Part shown: positions 62,164 to 64,000 of the stretch, one piece after another
Layout of the letters: the number at the start of each line of letters is the position of its first letter
Numbering within the stretch: the stretch's first letter is position 1
NCBI GenBank assembly: GCA_016748015.1
Contig: JAAOMT010000183.1
Coordinates: 1 to 64,000 of the forward strand
DNA length: 64,000 nt
From: Geosiphon pyriformis uo1
Taxonomy: Eukaryota > Fungi > Glomeromycota
Direction: 5' to 3'
The notes under the pieces: model-generated
Told to the model about the DNA's origin: nothing
Database searches by the model: none
Seen by the model: the letters and a program-made list of their open reading frames with translations, nothing else
Position numbers and translations under genes: made by a program

Positions 62164-64000
62164 TTAGACGGCAGCAACAATCTGTTAGTAAATGGGAATT
62201 AATGTTTCAATGGAATTCATGAGAACGAAAATATACACATGTGACATAAGTCAATATACCTCATCAGCTTTTTGCAAAGCTTCGATCATTTTCTTGACTT
62301 CCTTTCTCCTCTGTTGCGTGTATTCGCTTTCCTTGAGCAATTCATCCAGCACATCCATTTTATATAATTCCTGTAATAATTCTCGCTGCAGTTCCTCTTT
62401 TGCGTATGCAACTAGATTAAGCATAATCGCCTTAGGGACCGTATCAACGATGGTCCGTTTAACAATATTAAAGTAAGATTGGATTAGAAGTTCTAAAGGA
62501 ATATTCAAGGCCAGCAGATTAATGAAAAATTTATGAAAGAATCAGACTCCAAAAAGGCAAATTCTCACTTATAACTTCTGTTTCCATGATTTCCCGTTCT
62601 GAAAGATTTCCGGACGCTTTCAAAACGGGAGGTGGCTATTCAACAATAAAAATAAAAATATAAAGTATTAAAGATCCCGACATAGCTGATTGATGCTAAA
62701 ATTTATTGCATTACCGGTTCCATAACTCCAGCCTTCTTTTTTTTGTTTGATGCAAAAAAGCTTCCGAAAAATGAATTGGGTCCTTCGGGATCGAAACCAA
62801 GGGGATTATTGGTCAAATTAGTAGTGCTTCGGTTCTTATTGTCAGTACCCGGCTGCTTAGGGGGGTTGAGTTTGTCGTTAATGATTGTCATAGCTTTATG
62901 TCCATTCAGAAAATCAGGATGACCGGTATTGATGTAACAAGTTTCCATTCTAATTAGTAAAAGTGGAAAGAAAATTTTGGGGATATAAATGAAATAAAAA
63001 AGGACATAAACAGTAAATTCTATTTGTTGCAGAATGCTTACGCAACAAGATCCGTGACGAGTTTATTTGTAGGATTCATGGCTTTTTTGAAAAAGTTGAT
63101 TACCACAGAATTGAACTTTTCTTTTAAGCCAGGAAACCGTTTAAATAACTATTGAGTAAAAGAGAGGTATTAACTGTAATTGACTGAAAAAAGATAAAAT
63201 AATAAGAATAAATACCTGTTTCTGTAGCAGCTGAGACAAGATTCTAACCAATTCGTCATAAACAAGCGTGACGCACTTCAGACTTGGCTCTTCAAGACGC
63301 TTAATTTGTTGCCTAATAATAACTTCGAAGGCAGTAGTGCCAACAAACAGGGCAGGTGAAGAACCGGATGAATTATACAAAATTGTTCGAATGTCCACAT
63401 CTTTTACTTGGTCAAAGGGATCTATAGATTTTATTCCGTTCGCAAAGACTTCATGAAAAACAAAACTGACACGAGCACCACCAGAAAGCTCAAAAGATGA
63501 CAATTCATTAGAATTTCCATCTATAATTGTACGGAATTCAGTGCAGAATTCCGTAATGATGTTAAGAACAAGATTTCCTTGATTATTGGGGCCGTCGTCT
63601 AAAGGATCACCCAGACTGATCAACTCTGTAAGGTATTTGTTTAAAGCGGCTTGAATTTTCGCTTTGATTTCTGGGAGTGTATTTCGAATATGATGCATTA
63701 AGATCTAAGGGACCAATCAAAGGATTTAATCAATTTTTAAAAGGAATTATTGAATATTATTATTATTATTTACCATGTTAAGTTTTCGAGCCAAAAAGAG
63801 TGTCCCACAATATTGTGCTTTGCTTTTATATGAAGCATGGTTCTCGAAGAATTGACGTTCAGCTTCTAAGGCTGCAGAAATGGCTTTCTTCCTTTCAATG
63901 TCCTTCTGCCCACGATTCACAACAGGCACATAGCCTATATGATGCATTCAACTATTGTTTAATATTAAATATGCCTTAAAGTCAAGCAAAATTCAGAACT
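62164..64000 (-). CDS. VPS1: Dynamin-like GTPase Vps1 (3' part; start lies beyond window end)
   Basis: [79 protein letters not shown], and [36 protein letters not shown]|IVAAV*. Confidence 0.95.

Noticed and set aside
1-64000. tRNA, rRNA, CRISPR arrays, telomeric repeats
   Set aside because: None recognised by eye; the tandem repeats are simple microsatellites without spacers.

Overview
AT-rich, intron-rich eukaryotic DNA. The gene families (BTB-BACK, tyrosine-kinase-like kinase relics, class-3 lipase, REase-fold ORFs) and the repeats point to an early-diverging fungus, most likely Glomeromycotina; Geosiphon-like is my inference, not something the sequence proves. Conserved spliced housekeeping genes are dynactin p24-like, PAB2, LEU5-type carrier, NMNAT, an AVT-type amino-acid transporter, asparagine synthetase, NAA10/ARD1, NUP133, a metallophosphoesterase and a partial VPS1. 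They are interleaved with accessory tracts holding decayed transposons (hAT, Tc1/mariner with intact TIRs, a full-length LINE with target-site duplication, a truncated LINE, ultra-AT-rich relics) and pseudogenes (two kinase fragments, a Myb paralog, a GPCR). The most notable items are: (1) a relic of a bacterial-type IS607 serine recombinase followed by a structured tail that could be a TnpB/Fanzor omega-RNA; (2) an intronless PD-(D/E)XK-like ORF behind a double-hairpin palindrome, located where a GPCR gene breaks off; (3) an intact lipase gene whose nucleophile Ser is Ala; (4) an asparagine synthetase ending in a PTS1-like ARL; (5) a 5-repeat Myb protein with a mitochondrial-type presequence. 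All exon structures were read by eye and no database searches were run.
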